A DNA stretch of 64,000 bases, from the NCBI GenBank assembly GCA_965215015.1, contig OZ244042.1, forward strand, positions 2,048,001-2,112,000, given 5' to 3'. The position numbers and the translations under genes were made by a program. The notes beneath the pieces are model-generated. The model saw only the letters and a program-made list of their open reading frames with translations, was not told where the DNA came from and searched no databases. Positions 19,693 to 29,725 of this stretch are shown here, piece after piece. How positions within the stretch are numbered: position 1 is the first letter of the stretch; the number at the start of each line of letters is the position of its first letter. This stretch comes from Candidatus Poribacteria bacterium. GTDB lineage: Bacteria; Poribacteria; WGA-4E; PCPOR2b.

Positions 19693-21108
19693 TTATCCGT
19701 AAGATTTTACGTTCCACCTTTTACTTTCTAGTGCCGCTTGACGCCTCGCCGCCTCCCCCCGATCGCCAATATGTAGGGTGTCATACGCCTGTTGGGAGGT
19801 TTTGAAATACCCTACTCCCTCATGCCCATGCCAGTCATCCTGCGTCATAATTGGATTTTTGAAGCCCGTTTCCGCTTCTCGTTTCGCAATCCATCTCTGC
19901 ATTCGCGTCTCGAGACCCGCTACAATGTCAGGATATATTTCAGCGAGGTTGTTATGTTCATCAGGATCCTCTATGAGATTGTACAATTCGACCGGCGGTT
20001 TGAAATGGAAATCCGGCTCCAAGGAGATAATCAATTTCCATTCTGGGGTGCGCCAGCCGTGCTTTCGCATCCAGGTGCACTCCGTGATGTAAAATTCGCT
20101 TTCGTAGGAAGCGACGGCTCCTCTGACTAACCGCATCAAGCTCACTCCATCGAAAGCTATACCCGTCTCAATTCCCGCCAATTCGAGGATGGTTGGCAAG
20201 AGTGCTTTATGCTGATTAAAGCCGCTGATCCGTTTGCCAGCCGGAACTTTGCCGGGATAGCGGATAATCAACGGCACATGCAGGGTGACATCATAAATCC
20301 CATGGTGGTCAAACCAGCATTCATGATCGTAGAGCGTTTCTCCATGATCTCCGTTGACGATAACGATGGTTTCATCGAAGATACCGTGTGCTTCCAAGGC
20401 GTTAAAGATGGTTTGGATACAAGCGTCCATATACGCAATCGCACCATCATATTGGGCGATAAGGTAATCCTTGTCTGTGACGCCAGGGGGCATCCACCGC
20501 GCAAAATAGTCGCAGAACGGCTTAAAATCCATTACTGGTTCCATTGACCTGTTTGCCGGATCACATTCGTCGCCGTGATAGAACATCCGATCGTATGGGG
20601 GCGGTGGGAGGTACGGAGAGTGCGGATCCATGTGTCGCAAGAAGAGGAGGAAAGGCTTGCCACCCTCAACGAGGCGGTCAAGCTCAGGAATTGTGACTTC
20701 ATTGAGGTTCTGCGCTTTCGGGCTGGGCCGCTCTTCCCAACTCCCCCAACCTGAATAGCTCAGATAGTTATCAAACCCGCGCGAGCTAGGGTTGCCGCTC
20801 AAACCGACACAGGTTGTCTCGTAGCCGACCTCTCGAAGGATTTCAGGGAGGGTCTTGACTTCAGGCCTGAGGGGCCCCTTGTGTCGTAGCGCGACAACCT
20901 GCGTGCTAAAGACATCCATACCTGTGAGCATTGACGCATAGGCACTCGTGGTCGGGATGTGCGCGCTGTAGGTGCGTTCAAAGAGTGCTCCGCCCTGAGC
21001 AAATCGATCAATGTGCGGCGTCGTGAGCCGGTCGTAGCCGTAACAACTCATGTGGGTCGCAAGAAGGGAATCGATTCCCATCAGTACGATATTAGGATAT
21101 TTTGCCAT
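19693..21108 (-). CDS. Sulfatase-fold hydrolase with non-canonical active-site motif
   Basis: PNIVL.GIDSL, SMLTG, DPHSPY, GDHGE, HVPLII, ELYNL..DPDE..NL. Confidence 0.85.
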   Translation of the reverse strand: MAKYPNIVLMGIDSLLATHMSCYGYDRLTTPHIDRFAQGGALFERTYSAHIPTTSAYASMLTGMDVFSTQVVALRHKGPLRPEVKTLPEILREVGYETTCVGLSGNPSSRGFDNYLSYSGWGSWEERPSPKAQNLNEVTIPELDRLVEGGKPFLLFLRHMDPHSPYLPPPPYDRMFYHGDECDPANRSMEPVMDFKPFCDYFARWMPPGVTDKDYLIAQYDGAIAYMDACIQTIFNALEAHGIFDETIVIVNGDHGETLYDHECWFDHHGIYDVTLHVPLIIRYPGKVPAGKRISGFNQHKALLPTILELAGIETGIAFDGVSLMRLVRGAVASYESEFYITECTWMRKHGWRTPEWKLIISLEPDFHFKPPVELYNLIEDPDEHNNLAEIYPDIVAGLETRMQRWIAKREAETGFKNPIMTQDDWHGHEGVGYFKTSQQAYDTLHIGDRGEAARRQAALESKRWNVKSYG

Positions 21109-21389
21109 AAGCGGCCGTGGTGCCCTAAGAACCTGTTTGAAAAGTCATTTAATCGAGAAGTGATTGTCATTTGACGCACATGCTCACTATATTCGGGGAC
21201 ATGTGTCAGATCAATCGTAGGGGCTTAGTTTCCAAGCCCAACAGGTTGGGAGACCCAACCCCTACCCTGCTATACGGATCGCTGTGGATTGACAAATCCA
21301 CTGCACTTTGGGAGCGTTCCTTGCTTTTTAAAACAGGTTCTAAATCACCATCGCTCCTTAGCTTTGAAACTAGAGTCAATATCTCCATC

Positions 21390-22265
21390 TCACGCCTCAA
21401 CCGCCTGATCTAAAGCCCGAATATAGCCAATCGTCCAAGCAAGCCCGGCGGCAGAATCGCCGGCGATGGATGGGTAGTGTTCGGGATAAATCTGTCCTTG
21501 ATAGTTAATCTGCTTGAGGGCACGGATCGAACCGACCATATCGACTTCACCCGTACCGAAGGCAACTTCGAGGTAGCCCATGTCCGCCAGACGTTTTTCA
21601 ACCTCCGGTGAAATGTCCCCTTCAACTTGCGTTACGACATCACGGATGTGGAACATAAAAATCTGGTCACCGTAGTTCAAGATGTCTCTCACCAAATCGT
21701 CGCCAGCCATCTGGGATTTCCCTTGGCAGAACGTGACACCGTTCGCCGGGCTATTCACTTCGCTCAAGAGCCGGGACATCGTTTCATAATTCCAGAGCAG
21801 GCGATCCGGCACATGGAAGTGGTGGGTGGAGATTCGGACACCGGCGCTTTCGGCGATACGGGTGATTTGGTTATAGACCTCGATTAAGCCCCCCCAGAGC
21901 CCCTTTCTTTCGGTGTCCGAACTTAATCGATCGACGTTGAGATAGAGGTGGACGTAGGGGATGCCCGCTTCACCGATATTTTGGATAAGCTGCCCGAAGA
22001 TTGCCACCTCTTCCTTTTGGACCTCAGGGTCAGAGAAGGCAGCCTGACGAATGCGAGCGGGGGTGAGTGCGGCGAGAGTGATGCCCGCAGCAGCATATTT
22101 GTCGACAAGACCTTTCAGGGCATCAGTTGAGGGGATACCCTCGGAGCCTTCACCGGCGATGCCAGCGGCACCCAAAACGATATGGTGGACATCGGTATCG
22201 TGACAAAAAGCGATGTTGCGGTCATGGGCTGTTCCGTAAGGCGCGAAAATACCGATAGCTAACAT
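21390..22265 (-). CDS. TIM-barrel sugar isomerase / mannonate dehydratase (UxuA)-like protein
   Basis: SPANGVTFCQG, FHIRDV, G.GEVDM, YPEH.P; GGAGG RBS before ATG 22265. Confidence 0.7.
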   Translation of the reverse strand: MLAIGIFAPYGTAHDRNIAFCHDTDVHHIVLGAAGIAGEGSEGIPSTDALKGLVDKYAAAGITLAALTPARIRQAAFSDPEVQKEEVAIFGQLIQNIGEAGIPYVHLYLNVDRLSSDTERKGLWGGLIEVYNQITRIAESAGVRISTHHFHVPDRLLWNYETMSRLLSEVNSPANGVTFCQGKSQMAGDDLVRDILNYGDQIFMFHIRDVVTQVEGDISPEVEKRLADMGYLEVAFGTGEVDMVGSIRALKQINYQGQIYPEHYPSIAGDSAAGLAWTIGYIRALDQAVEA

Positions 22266-22375
22266 TAGATAACCTCCGTGTGGTTGAAATCGTAGCGGCA
22301 ATGATGTGTGATTGTTATAGGTCAAGATGCTATTCTATCACTAAAACAGTTTCGTGCCAAGAAAAATTTCGGTAA

Positions 22376-22404
22376 TTGCCTTATCTCGCGGAAGATGGTA
22401 TAAT
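22376..22404 (+). promoter_or_regulatory. Sigma-70-type promoter
   Basis: TTGCCT-N17-TATAAT with TG extension, 40 bp before the 22444 ORF. Confidence 0.65.
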
Positions 22405-22443
22405 GTTGATAATCTATTCAAATGGTAAGGAGGGATTTTAACG

Positions 22444-22809
22444 ATGAGTCAGGAAAAGGTTTTCCAAGTCGGTGGGGTTGAACTCCACGTTGATAACCGG
22501 AGCTTAGGCGATGATGGCGGTCCTTCTGTCCGCGTCTACGGCGATGTCGATGGTAAAGCGGTGCAACTGCTTCGATTCGATTGCTTCCGAAAAGACCCAC
22601 ACTATCATTACGATCCGTCCGGTCGAAATGACCAACGCCACCTCGATCGAGCAACTGTCCCCGATTCGATTGGCTGGACGATTGAACAACTTAGTAACAA
22701 TCTCGCGGAGATGATTCGTACAGCTAGCTATGACGGGGTTGCTGCAAGAGTCGATCAGGCAGCGGTTGGGGCCGTACTGCCAGAGGTTGAATCAATTATG
22801 CGGGGTTAA
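22444..22809 (+). CDS. Conserved-looking hypothetical protein
   Basis: AGGAGG RBS, promoter, LLRFDCF...PHYHYDP motif. Confidence 0.75.
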   Translation: MSQEKVFQVGGVELHVDNRSLGDDGGPSVRVYGDVDGKAVQLLRFDCFRKDPHYHYDPSGRNDQRHLDRATVPDSIGWTIEQLSNNLAEMIRTASYDGVAARVDQAAVGAVLPEVESIMRG

Positions 22810-22882
22810 AGGGTTCGCTCGTTAAGGTCATTTTGAATGATGTGCCCCCCTTATTCCCGCCAGGGATCGGTTAGCAATTATT

Positions 22883-23595
22883 TGAGGGTTGCTCATAAAT
22901 TGAATTATCGCAAGAGTGTCATCGGAGGTGTGCCCTCTCTGAGGAGGGGTTAGCCTTGGAAAGTATCTGAATCAAGGCTGTGCCCGGCTTCTTGGCTGTC
23001 GCTGATTTTTGGTAATCGGTTTCATTGTTGATTCAGCCGCTAATTATCCGTCCTGCTCAGATTCTGATAGGTATGAATTTGAGTCCTTTAATCCTACGAA
23101 TCCTTAAATCCCGAAAATCCTGATTCAGATAGCTTTGAATTAGTTATCATCTGCTTAATCCGTGATTCAGCCGCTAATTATCCGCCTTGCTCAGATTCTG
23201 ATAGGTATGAATTTGAGTCCTTTAATCCTATGAATCCTTAAATCCCGAAAATCGTGATTCAGATAGCTTTGAATTCGGTATCATCGGTTTCATTGTTGAT
23301 TCAGCCGCTAATTATCCGCCTTGCTCAGATTCTGATAGGTATGAATTTGAGTCCTTTAATCCTATGAATCCTTAAATCCCGAAAATCGTGATTCAGATAG
23401 CTTTGAATTAGTTATCATCGGTTTAATTAGTGATTCAGCCGCTAATTATCCGCCTTGCTCAGATTCTGATAGGTATGAATTTGAGTCCTTTAATCCTACG
23501 AATCCTTAAATCCCGAAAATCCTGATTCAGATAGCTTTGAATTAGTTATCATCTGCTTAATCCGTGATTCAGACAATAATTATGAGCACCCCTCA
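22883..23595. mobile_element. TIR element enclosing a tandem array
   Basis: TGAGGGTTGCTCATAA (22883) and TTATGAGCACCCCTCA (23580-23595). Confidence 0.6.
23030..23572. repeat. Tandem array, 4 x 134 bp
   Basis: GATTCAGCCGCTAATTATCCG at 23030, 23164, 23298, 23432; GATTCAG again at 23566. Confidence 0.95.
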
Positions 23596-23610
23596 ATTTT
23601 CACTCTGATG

Positions 23611-26007
23611 CTAGTTACCCACTCTGCCATTCTGTAGATGTAATTTCTCCCTCTGCTCCGCTGTCACCCGATCCGCGTCCGCATCGGTGTAGACCACATG
23701 CGGCGTGATGAACACCATCAATTCTGTTTTTTCAATCCGCGTGTCTGTTCGCCGAAACAGCTTACCCAGCAGCGGAATAGCTCCCAGAACCGGTATCTTG
23801 TGGACGGTTTCCGTCTTGTCGTCCTTAATCATCCCGCCGATGACCATCGTCTGTTTGTCCTTAATCGTCACAAACGCCGACGCCTCACGCGTCGAGATGA
23901 TTGGGGCATCGAATAGCGTAAATTCAACCAAGCTGTTAATCTGTTGATTGACATCGAGAGAAACCGTTCCAGATCGGTTGATGCGTGGTGTGACAGTCAG
24001 AATGACACCGACATCCCGAAAGTCTGTGCTAGTGAGGATACCCCCTGTCGCTGTCTCCTGTGTGCTGACGAGAAAGGGCACCGCCTGGCCGACGTTGATA
24101 ACCGCTTCCTGATTGTTTTTGGTCATGACGCGCGGTGTAGAAAGGATATTGACCTTTGTGTCCTTTGTTAGGGCGTGAAGCATTGCGTCGAGCTTGGCAG
24201 ACAAGATACCGTGTTTCAAGCCGAAAATCTCATCAGTCAGCCCAAAATCGGTTGTTCCATCCTGCTGATAGGTTTTATCGTTGAGGGTTGTGCCCTGTTC
24301 CCACATCCACTCCACCCCAAACACACTGTCGTCGTCGAGCGTTACCTCAATGATTTGTGCTTCAATGAGGACTTGGGGGAGCAGCACATCGAGTTGTTTG
24401 ACTAGCTTTTCAACGGCGGGAAAATTTCGGACAAACGTGGTAATCAGTAGAGCGTTTGTCTCCTCATCGGCAACAATTTTTACATTGCCTGTCAGGCCGC
24501 GCGCAGCATCGGCGGTTGGTGCTCCTGAGCCTAGCGCGCCGGTGGATAGTGATCTGCCCCCAAACCCCCCGCCAAAGCCGCCCCCCCCAAATCCACCCCC
24601 AACGAAATTTGTGCGGGTTGCTGCTTGGCGTTCAAAGAGTTCGGTAGACAGCAGTTCATTAAGCACTGCCGAGACATTTGCTGCATCCGCATGTTCGAGG
24701 GTGAAAATCCGGGTGTCTTCAGCGAAGTCGGCTATGGCTCTGTCAAGTTGTTCAATGAGTTTACCAACGGCGCCCATTTGCTGCGCGGTTGTTGTTACTA
24801 TTACGGAATTGGTTCGGGCATCTGGCACCGCAGTCAACTCCGGCAAGCCCAAAACACCCTCACCGCTTTGCCTATTGAGCTCCCGCTGCTGTTCCTCAAA
24901 AAAACGTCTACCTCTACCACCGAATCCACCAGACCCAGTACCGCTAAAGATATTGCGGGCGGTACTGGAAAAGGCTTGGTTTAGTTCATTGGCGATCTCC
25001 GTCGCATCGCCATGTTTCAGGGAAAACACGCGTGTCTCTGGCTCGGAAAAACGTTGCGTATCTAGCTCTGAAACGAGCTTCCGAATCGCTACCAGGTTTG
25101 GTTGACTAGCAGAAACAATTAGCGAGTTCGTGTTTTCATCGGCGACCGCTTTGACTTCACCGAGCAGTTGTAACGCGCCGCCCGCTGTGGGACTACTTTC
25201 ATCGGTTGCGGTTTCGCTGCCCCCACCATCTCTACCAAATCGACCTCGATCGCCGAATCCGCCGCGACGTCCCCTCTGTTGACGTTCCTGTTCTGCTGCG
25301 GCTTCGGCATCCTTCGGTTTCTCATACAGTTTGGTGATAACCTCGGCTAACTTGGTGGCGTCCGCATATTGCAACGAAAATACCTCAAGCTTGATCCGGT
25401 CCGCCATTGAAATGTCGAGTGCCCTTACAATTTCAGCTAACCTTTTGATGTTCGCTGAAGATGCAGTAATGATTAATGTGTTGCTTCGACCATAAGCAGT
25501 CATCACACCGTATTGTGGCACAAAATCCTTGAGATCTTTGACAAGTTGTGTCGCATCCGCCGAAGAGAGCGGCATCACCTGTGTGGTAATCGTATCCTCG
25601 GATTTAATCTCCCCCGGGTCGCTTCCAACCTGTATCGGCGTGGCTTCAAGTTTCGCATCTGACAGTAAAACAATTTTCACACTCCGTCCATTAATGATGC
25701 TAGTATATCCTTTGATCGCTAGGGTCGTATTCAATACCGAAAACGCCTCGTCCACCGGCATGTCATCCGGACTGATGATAGTGACCCGCATATCCAAATC
25801 TGCCGATTTGACGATAGTGTAGCCCGTTACTTCAGCCACAAATTCCAAAATATGGTCGAGCGAAGCGTTTTTGAATCGCATGGAGATGCGCTTCGATTCA
25901 GTTTCTTCTTCCGCAACCCCGTCTTCGCCGAACGCCAAAATAGGCATTATGAGGAGAAAAAGCAGTGAACAACTGAGGCTAAATACCCATTGCAGAGATT
26001 TTGTCAT
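23611..26007 (-). CDS. gspD: Type II secretion system secretin
   Basis: N0/N domains (ADENTNSLIV repeats), QVLIEAQIIEV, ILSTP, VGVIL.VTPRIN, KIPVLGAIPLLGKLF, ELMVFITPHVV. Confidence 0.92.
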   Translation of the reverse strand: MTKSLQWVFSLSCSLLFLLIMPILAFGEDGVAEEETESKRISMRFKNASLDHILEFVAEVTGYTIVKSADLDMRVTIISPDDMPVDEAFSVLNTTLAIKGYTSIINGRSVKIVLLSDAKLEATPIQVGSDPGEIKSEDTITTQVMPLSSADATQLVKDLKDFVPQYGVMTAYGRSNTLIITASSANIKRLAEIVRALDISMADRIKLEVFSLQYADATKLAEVITKLYEKPKDAEAAAEQERQQRGRRGGFGDRGRFGRDGGGSETATDESSPTAGGALQLLGEVKAVADENTNSLIVSASQPNLVAIRKLVSELDTQRFSEPETRVFSLKHGDATEIANELNQAFSSTARNIFSGTGSGGFGGRGRRFFEEQQRELNRQSGEGVLGLPELTAVPDARTNSVIVTTTAQQMGAVGKLIEQLDRAIADFAEDTRIFTLEHADAANVSAVLNELLSTELFERQAATRTNFVGGGFGGGGFGGGFGGRSLSTGALGSGAPTADAARGLTGNVKIVADEETNALLITTFVRNFPAVEKLVKQLDVLLPQVLIEAQIIEVTLDDDSVFGVEWMWEQGTTLNDKTYQQDGTTDFGLTDEIFGLKHGILSAKLDAMLHALTKDTKVNILSTPRVMTKNNQEAVINVGQAVPFLVSTQETATGGILTSTDFRDVGVILTVTPRINRSGTVSLDVNQQINSLVEFTLFDAPIISTREASAFVTIKDKQTMVIGGMIKDDKTETVHKIPVLGAIPLLGKLFRRTDTRIEKTELMVFITPHVVYTDADADRVTAEQREKLHLQNGRVGN

Positions 26008-26768
26008 TGATTCAATTCCTTTCTTCTCCTTTCTCGCATCCGTTCAAGAAGACTTTGTTCACCGTCCCCACCGCTATCCGTCTCTGTTTCCGAAGATATG
26101 TTGGTTTGATCGACGGGTTCTGGCATTTTTGTTATGCCGGCGGTGTCGAATCGCACCCGTCCATCTACGCCGTATTCAATACTTTCGCCCAACGCAAGTT
26201 GAACTGTCGTCTCGCCGCGAGTCAGCGTGATATGTTCAGACATTATACCTTGCACCCGGGCATCCTTCAGTATGTCCCCGTGCCGGAGAAACACACCTTC
26301 ATTTCGCTTCCGGTCTTCGACAACAGCAATCCAGTCCGCGCCGTTTTTTACAATCCCGGTTAAATTTAGTGCGTAGGTCGGCGGGGGAGCGGATGGTGTT
26401 TCGGCAATCGGTTCAGGGGTGACTGTCGGGGTAGGCGGCAGTGGAGCCTCCCGCTTCCAACCGAGTGGCCGAAATAGGTTATTTTCGGCAATAACCTCGT
26501 AATCCTTTAGTTGTGGGTAAAGAGAATAACCCTGCTCTAGTTGAGGGAAAGCTGGCTTAGATGAAGATACTTTTTGCGGAGACAGAAAGGATTTGGAAAG
26601 CGTATCGTTCTTCACCATTTTGATGATAATAAAATATACGATGAATCCCAAAATGGCGACACATAGGATTGATAAGGAGATAATCCGCCGCCAGTTCGCG
26701 CTACACCATTGATTTCTCATAAAAATTGCCTTATCATTTTGTCTCTTGAGAGAACGTTCTTGATACAT
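26004..26768 (-). CDS. GspC-like bitopic protein
   Basis: TM helix, NNLFRP, Pro-rich linker, LNLTGIV...A.VED; overlaps gspD start; exact start uncertain. Confidence 0.6.
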   Translation of the reverse strand: MYQERSLKRQNDKAIFMRNQWCSANWRRIISLSILCVAILGFIVYFIIIKMVKNDTLSKSFLSPQKVSSSKPAFPQLEQGYSLYPQLKDYEVIAENNLFRPLGWKREAPLPPTPTVTPEPIAETPSAPPPTYALNLTGIVKNGADWIAVVEDRKRNEGVFLRHGDILKDARVQGIMSEHITLTRGETTVQLALGESIEYGVDGRVRFDTAGITKMPEPVDQTNISSETETDSGGDGEQSLLERMRERRRKELNQ

Positions 26769-26859
26769 TCAGTCCGTTTTGCAATTGCGCGTTTGCAGTG
26801 GTAAGTATGCCGAACACCAGCAATAATTCAGCGACGTGAATGATGGTATTTTTTATTAA

Positions 26860-28131
26860 TTATTCTCCTTGGCCTCTTAGATCTAAACAGACTATCTCTT
26901 GATGGTTTCGCAGGTAAAGTTTACCACTAGACAGCGTGGGGACAGTCCAGCACCGTCCAGAAAGGACTTGTGCCTGTGCGACTTCGCGGTACCCTTCCGG
27001 GGTCGCTTCAACGAGTGCGAGGTTCCCGTGCTCACCGAGAACAATAAGGTGGTGATCCGCATAGATAACCGAACCTTGACCGAATCCGCGAGTCTTCCAC
27101 TTTTCCTCGCCTGTATCAGTGTTGACACACTTAAAGATAGTGTTTGAGAAACCGTAGATATAACCGTCATGCAGTACGGTTGTAGAAAAACCATTAATCA
27201 TCGTATGACTTCGCCACACCTCTTCGACACGCATATCGGCACCTCCCCCAACAATTCGTAGAACAACCCCGGCATCACCAGTACGAGTCGAAATAAAAAC
27301 CTTATCCGGTGAGATAAATACCGGGGTCACACGATTGTCGCTATTGCGCCCACCATACCACGGATAACGCCAGTACACGCTTCCATCTTCGGGTGAAACG
27401 GCGAGAAGTTCATCCCGTGCGAAAAAGAGTGCCTGCCGGACATCGTTGACGGTCACAAGAATTGGGGAAGAGTAGCTGGAAGGAGAAGTCGCCACCCCCC
27501 AAATACGCTCTCCGGTTCCTTTGTTAAAGGCGACAATGGTGTTGTCGTTTGCGCCGCCGACCTCAACGAGCAAACGGTTGTCATCAACGACGGGCGATGT
27601 CGAGAAGCCCCAGCGCGGCATTGAACTTGAAAACGCTTTCGTGAAATCAACATCCCAGAGTTGTTTTCCCGTGTTTACGTCAAGTGCCAGCAATCGACCA
27701 AAAGCACTCAGGACATAAACTGTATTCCCATCAATCGTCGGCGTTGAGCGCGGGCCATTTCCGCCCTGACGTTCTTCGTAAAACCAATCATTAAGATGTC
27801 GCCAAAGCTCTTCTCCCGTTTCGGCATCCAGACACACTACAACTTCGTCCTCCCCTTTGGCGAACATAGTATAAGCGCGTCCATTCGCAATTGAGATCCC
27901 TGAAAAACCGTCGCCAAGTGGCAGCCGCCACAACTCTTGTGGCCCTGTCTCTGACCATCTCTTGAGTATACCCGTTTCGAGAGAGATTCCATCCCGATTT
28001 GCCCCTCGCCATTGGTGCCATTCCATTTGAGCTGCGGGTTCGTGTTTTTCCGCCCCGACAAAAACGCTACCCATAAGGACAAGAGCAATATACAAAAATG
28101 TGTTTGCTGAACTGCTAAATCTTCGTATCAT
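26860..28131 (-). CDS. PQQ-like beta-propeller repeat protein
   Basis: W.QWRG..RDG, GPRSTP, TGKQLW, SYSSP, CWTVP...G.LYLR. Confidence 0.88.
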   Translation of the reverse strand: MIRRFSSSANTFLYIALVLMGSVFVGAEKHEPAAQMEWHQWRGANRDGISLETGILKRWSETGPQELWRLPLGDGFSGISIANGRAYTMFAKGEDEVVVCLDAETGEELWRHLNDWFYEERQGGNGPRSTPTIDGNTVYVLSAFGRLLALDVNTGKQLWDVDFTKAFSSSMPRWGFSTSPVVDDNRLLVEVGGANDNTIVAFNKGTGERIWGVATSPSSYSSPILVTVNDVRQALFFARDELLAVSPEDGSVYWRYPWYGGRNSDNRVTPVFISPDKVFISTRTGDAGVVLRIVGGGADMRVEEVWRSHTMINGFSTTVLHDGYIYGFSNTIFKCVNTDTGEEKWKTRGFGQGSVIYADHHLIVLGEHGNLALVEATPEGYREVAQAQVLSGRCWTVPTLSSGKLYLRNHQEIVCLDLRGQGE

Positions 28132-28314
28132 GTTATCTCCTTAATGTGAGTTTAGGATATTCAAATTGTTTGCAAGCAATAGGTACAGCATTTGAATGTA
28201 AATTGCGGATTTCAAACGTTTGGTGCATAGGCTCGTAGGCTATCCGCCCAAACCGCCACGCATCTGATACTACCTCTCTGTGGCCCCGGCTTCCAACGTC
28301 TCCTTTTCTAATTC

Positions 28315-28470
28315 TTGACATACTTCCACCCCTAAAAGGCGGGGATTGCTATTCGTTTCCGATAGGGTGTTGAATTGCTCTGTCACTGAGGTGAGTCGTG
28401 CCAACACGGCATTACAGCCTCTCCTGAGAGAGGTGATGCCCCAACGCAGCATTGCAATCTCTGTCCAACT
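28315..28470 (-). mobile_element. tnpB: IS200/IS605 right end with tnpB 3' tail relic
   Basis: Minus strand: LDRDCNAA (RuvC-III-like), then AATCCCCGCCTTTTAGGGGTGGAAGTATGTCAA, a hairpin ending in TCAA. Confidence 0.7.
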
Positions 28471-29088
28471 GTGTGGCAGTTCAGCCCCTGCCGCGTCCTA
28501 TCTCGCGGATTCGTACCGGTTCTTAGATGTCCCGGAGGGTTCCCAATCCGTGTTTTCCGTGTCCTCCGTTTAATCCGTGATTCAGGTAATACAGAGGCCC
28601 CTGCCTCAGCCCTATCTCGTCGTTTAGATGTGAACGTGAGTCCATCTCATCCTGTGAATCCTTAAATCCCGAAAATCCTGTGTGGCAGTTCAGCCCCTGC
28701 CGCGTCCTATCTCGCGGATTCGTACCGGTTCTTAGATGTCCCGGAGGGTTCCCAATCCGTGTTTTCCGTGTCCTCCGTTTAATCCGTGATTCAGGTAATA
28801 CAGAGGCCCCTGCCTCAGCCCTATCTCGTCGTTTAGATGTGAACGTGAGTCCATCTCATCCTGTGAATCCTTAAATCCCGAAAATCCTGTGTGGCAGTTC
28901 AGCCCCTGCCGCGTCCTATCTCGCGGATTCGTACCGGTTCTTAGATGTCCCGGAGGGTGCTCAATCCGTGTTTTCCGTGTCCTCCGTTTAATCCGTGATT
29001 CAGGTAATACAGAGGCCCCTGTCTCAGCCCTATCTCGTCGTTTAGATGTGAACGTGAGTCCATCCCATCCTGTGAATCCTTAAATCCC
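28471..29088. repeat. Tandem array, 3 x 209 bp
   Basis: GTGTGGCAGTTCAGCCCCTGCC at 28471, 28680, 28889; near-identical units. Confidence 0.95.
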
Positions 29089-29370
29089 GAGTATACCAAC
29101 ACCATTGCGCTACGGTTCTAGGTTGAATGAGCCCGGCGTGTCGCGCAACATATAGGGTATTTTCGGGCGAGACTCCGCGCAATCCGAATCATCTGGTTAA
29201 TCTGCGATTCAGACAATAATGATGTGAACGTGAGTCCATCTCATCCTGTGAATCCTTAAATCCCGAAAATCCTGATTCAGATTACTTTGAATCCCGAGTA
29301 TACCAACACCATTGCGCTACGGTTCTAGGCTGAATGAGCCCGGCGTGCCGCGCGACATATCGGGTATTTG
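29086..29370. repeat. Duplicated ~75-bp module (CCCGAGTATACCAACACC...) with intervening repeat modules
   Basis: Copies at ~29086 and ~29293; diverged relative near 59271-59400. Confidence 0.75.
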
Positions 29371-29725
29371 CTGAAACGATTTTCGTCATGATTAGACAAA
29401 CGATAAGATAAAAAGTTCGATTTTTTTTAATCACGCAAATCCAATACAGTCGAGCCGCTTCATAGGCACTTACTGTTCAAATCGCAAAAGGTGTTGATTA
29501 ATTGTATCGTTGTGATATAATAACCAATGGTGCGAGTCTGCAACTGTTGATACACTCTCGGATCAAAGACCTTAAGTGAAACGGACAGTAGTAGGTATAC
29601 GGCGTATGCCGTAACCCCTTCCCGCCGCTTGCGCGGGGAGGGGGACGGTACAATGAACTCATGAACTGTTGAATGATGTGGAAACGACAGCCTCACCAAC
29701 TCGCACCAAAAGTCAATACCAATCT

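Noticed and set aside
23030-23572. CRISPR array
   Set aside because: Whole 134-bp units are near-identical; no unique spacers and no cas genes
24281-25105. 274-aa plus-strand ORF
   Set aside because: Antisense shadow of gspD; the same applies to most nested ORFs in the track
28471-29083. Three 64-aa ORFs as a peptide gene array
   Set aside because: GTG starts without RBS; they are translations of a repeat built from modules that are non-coding elsewhere
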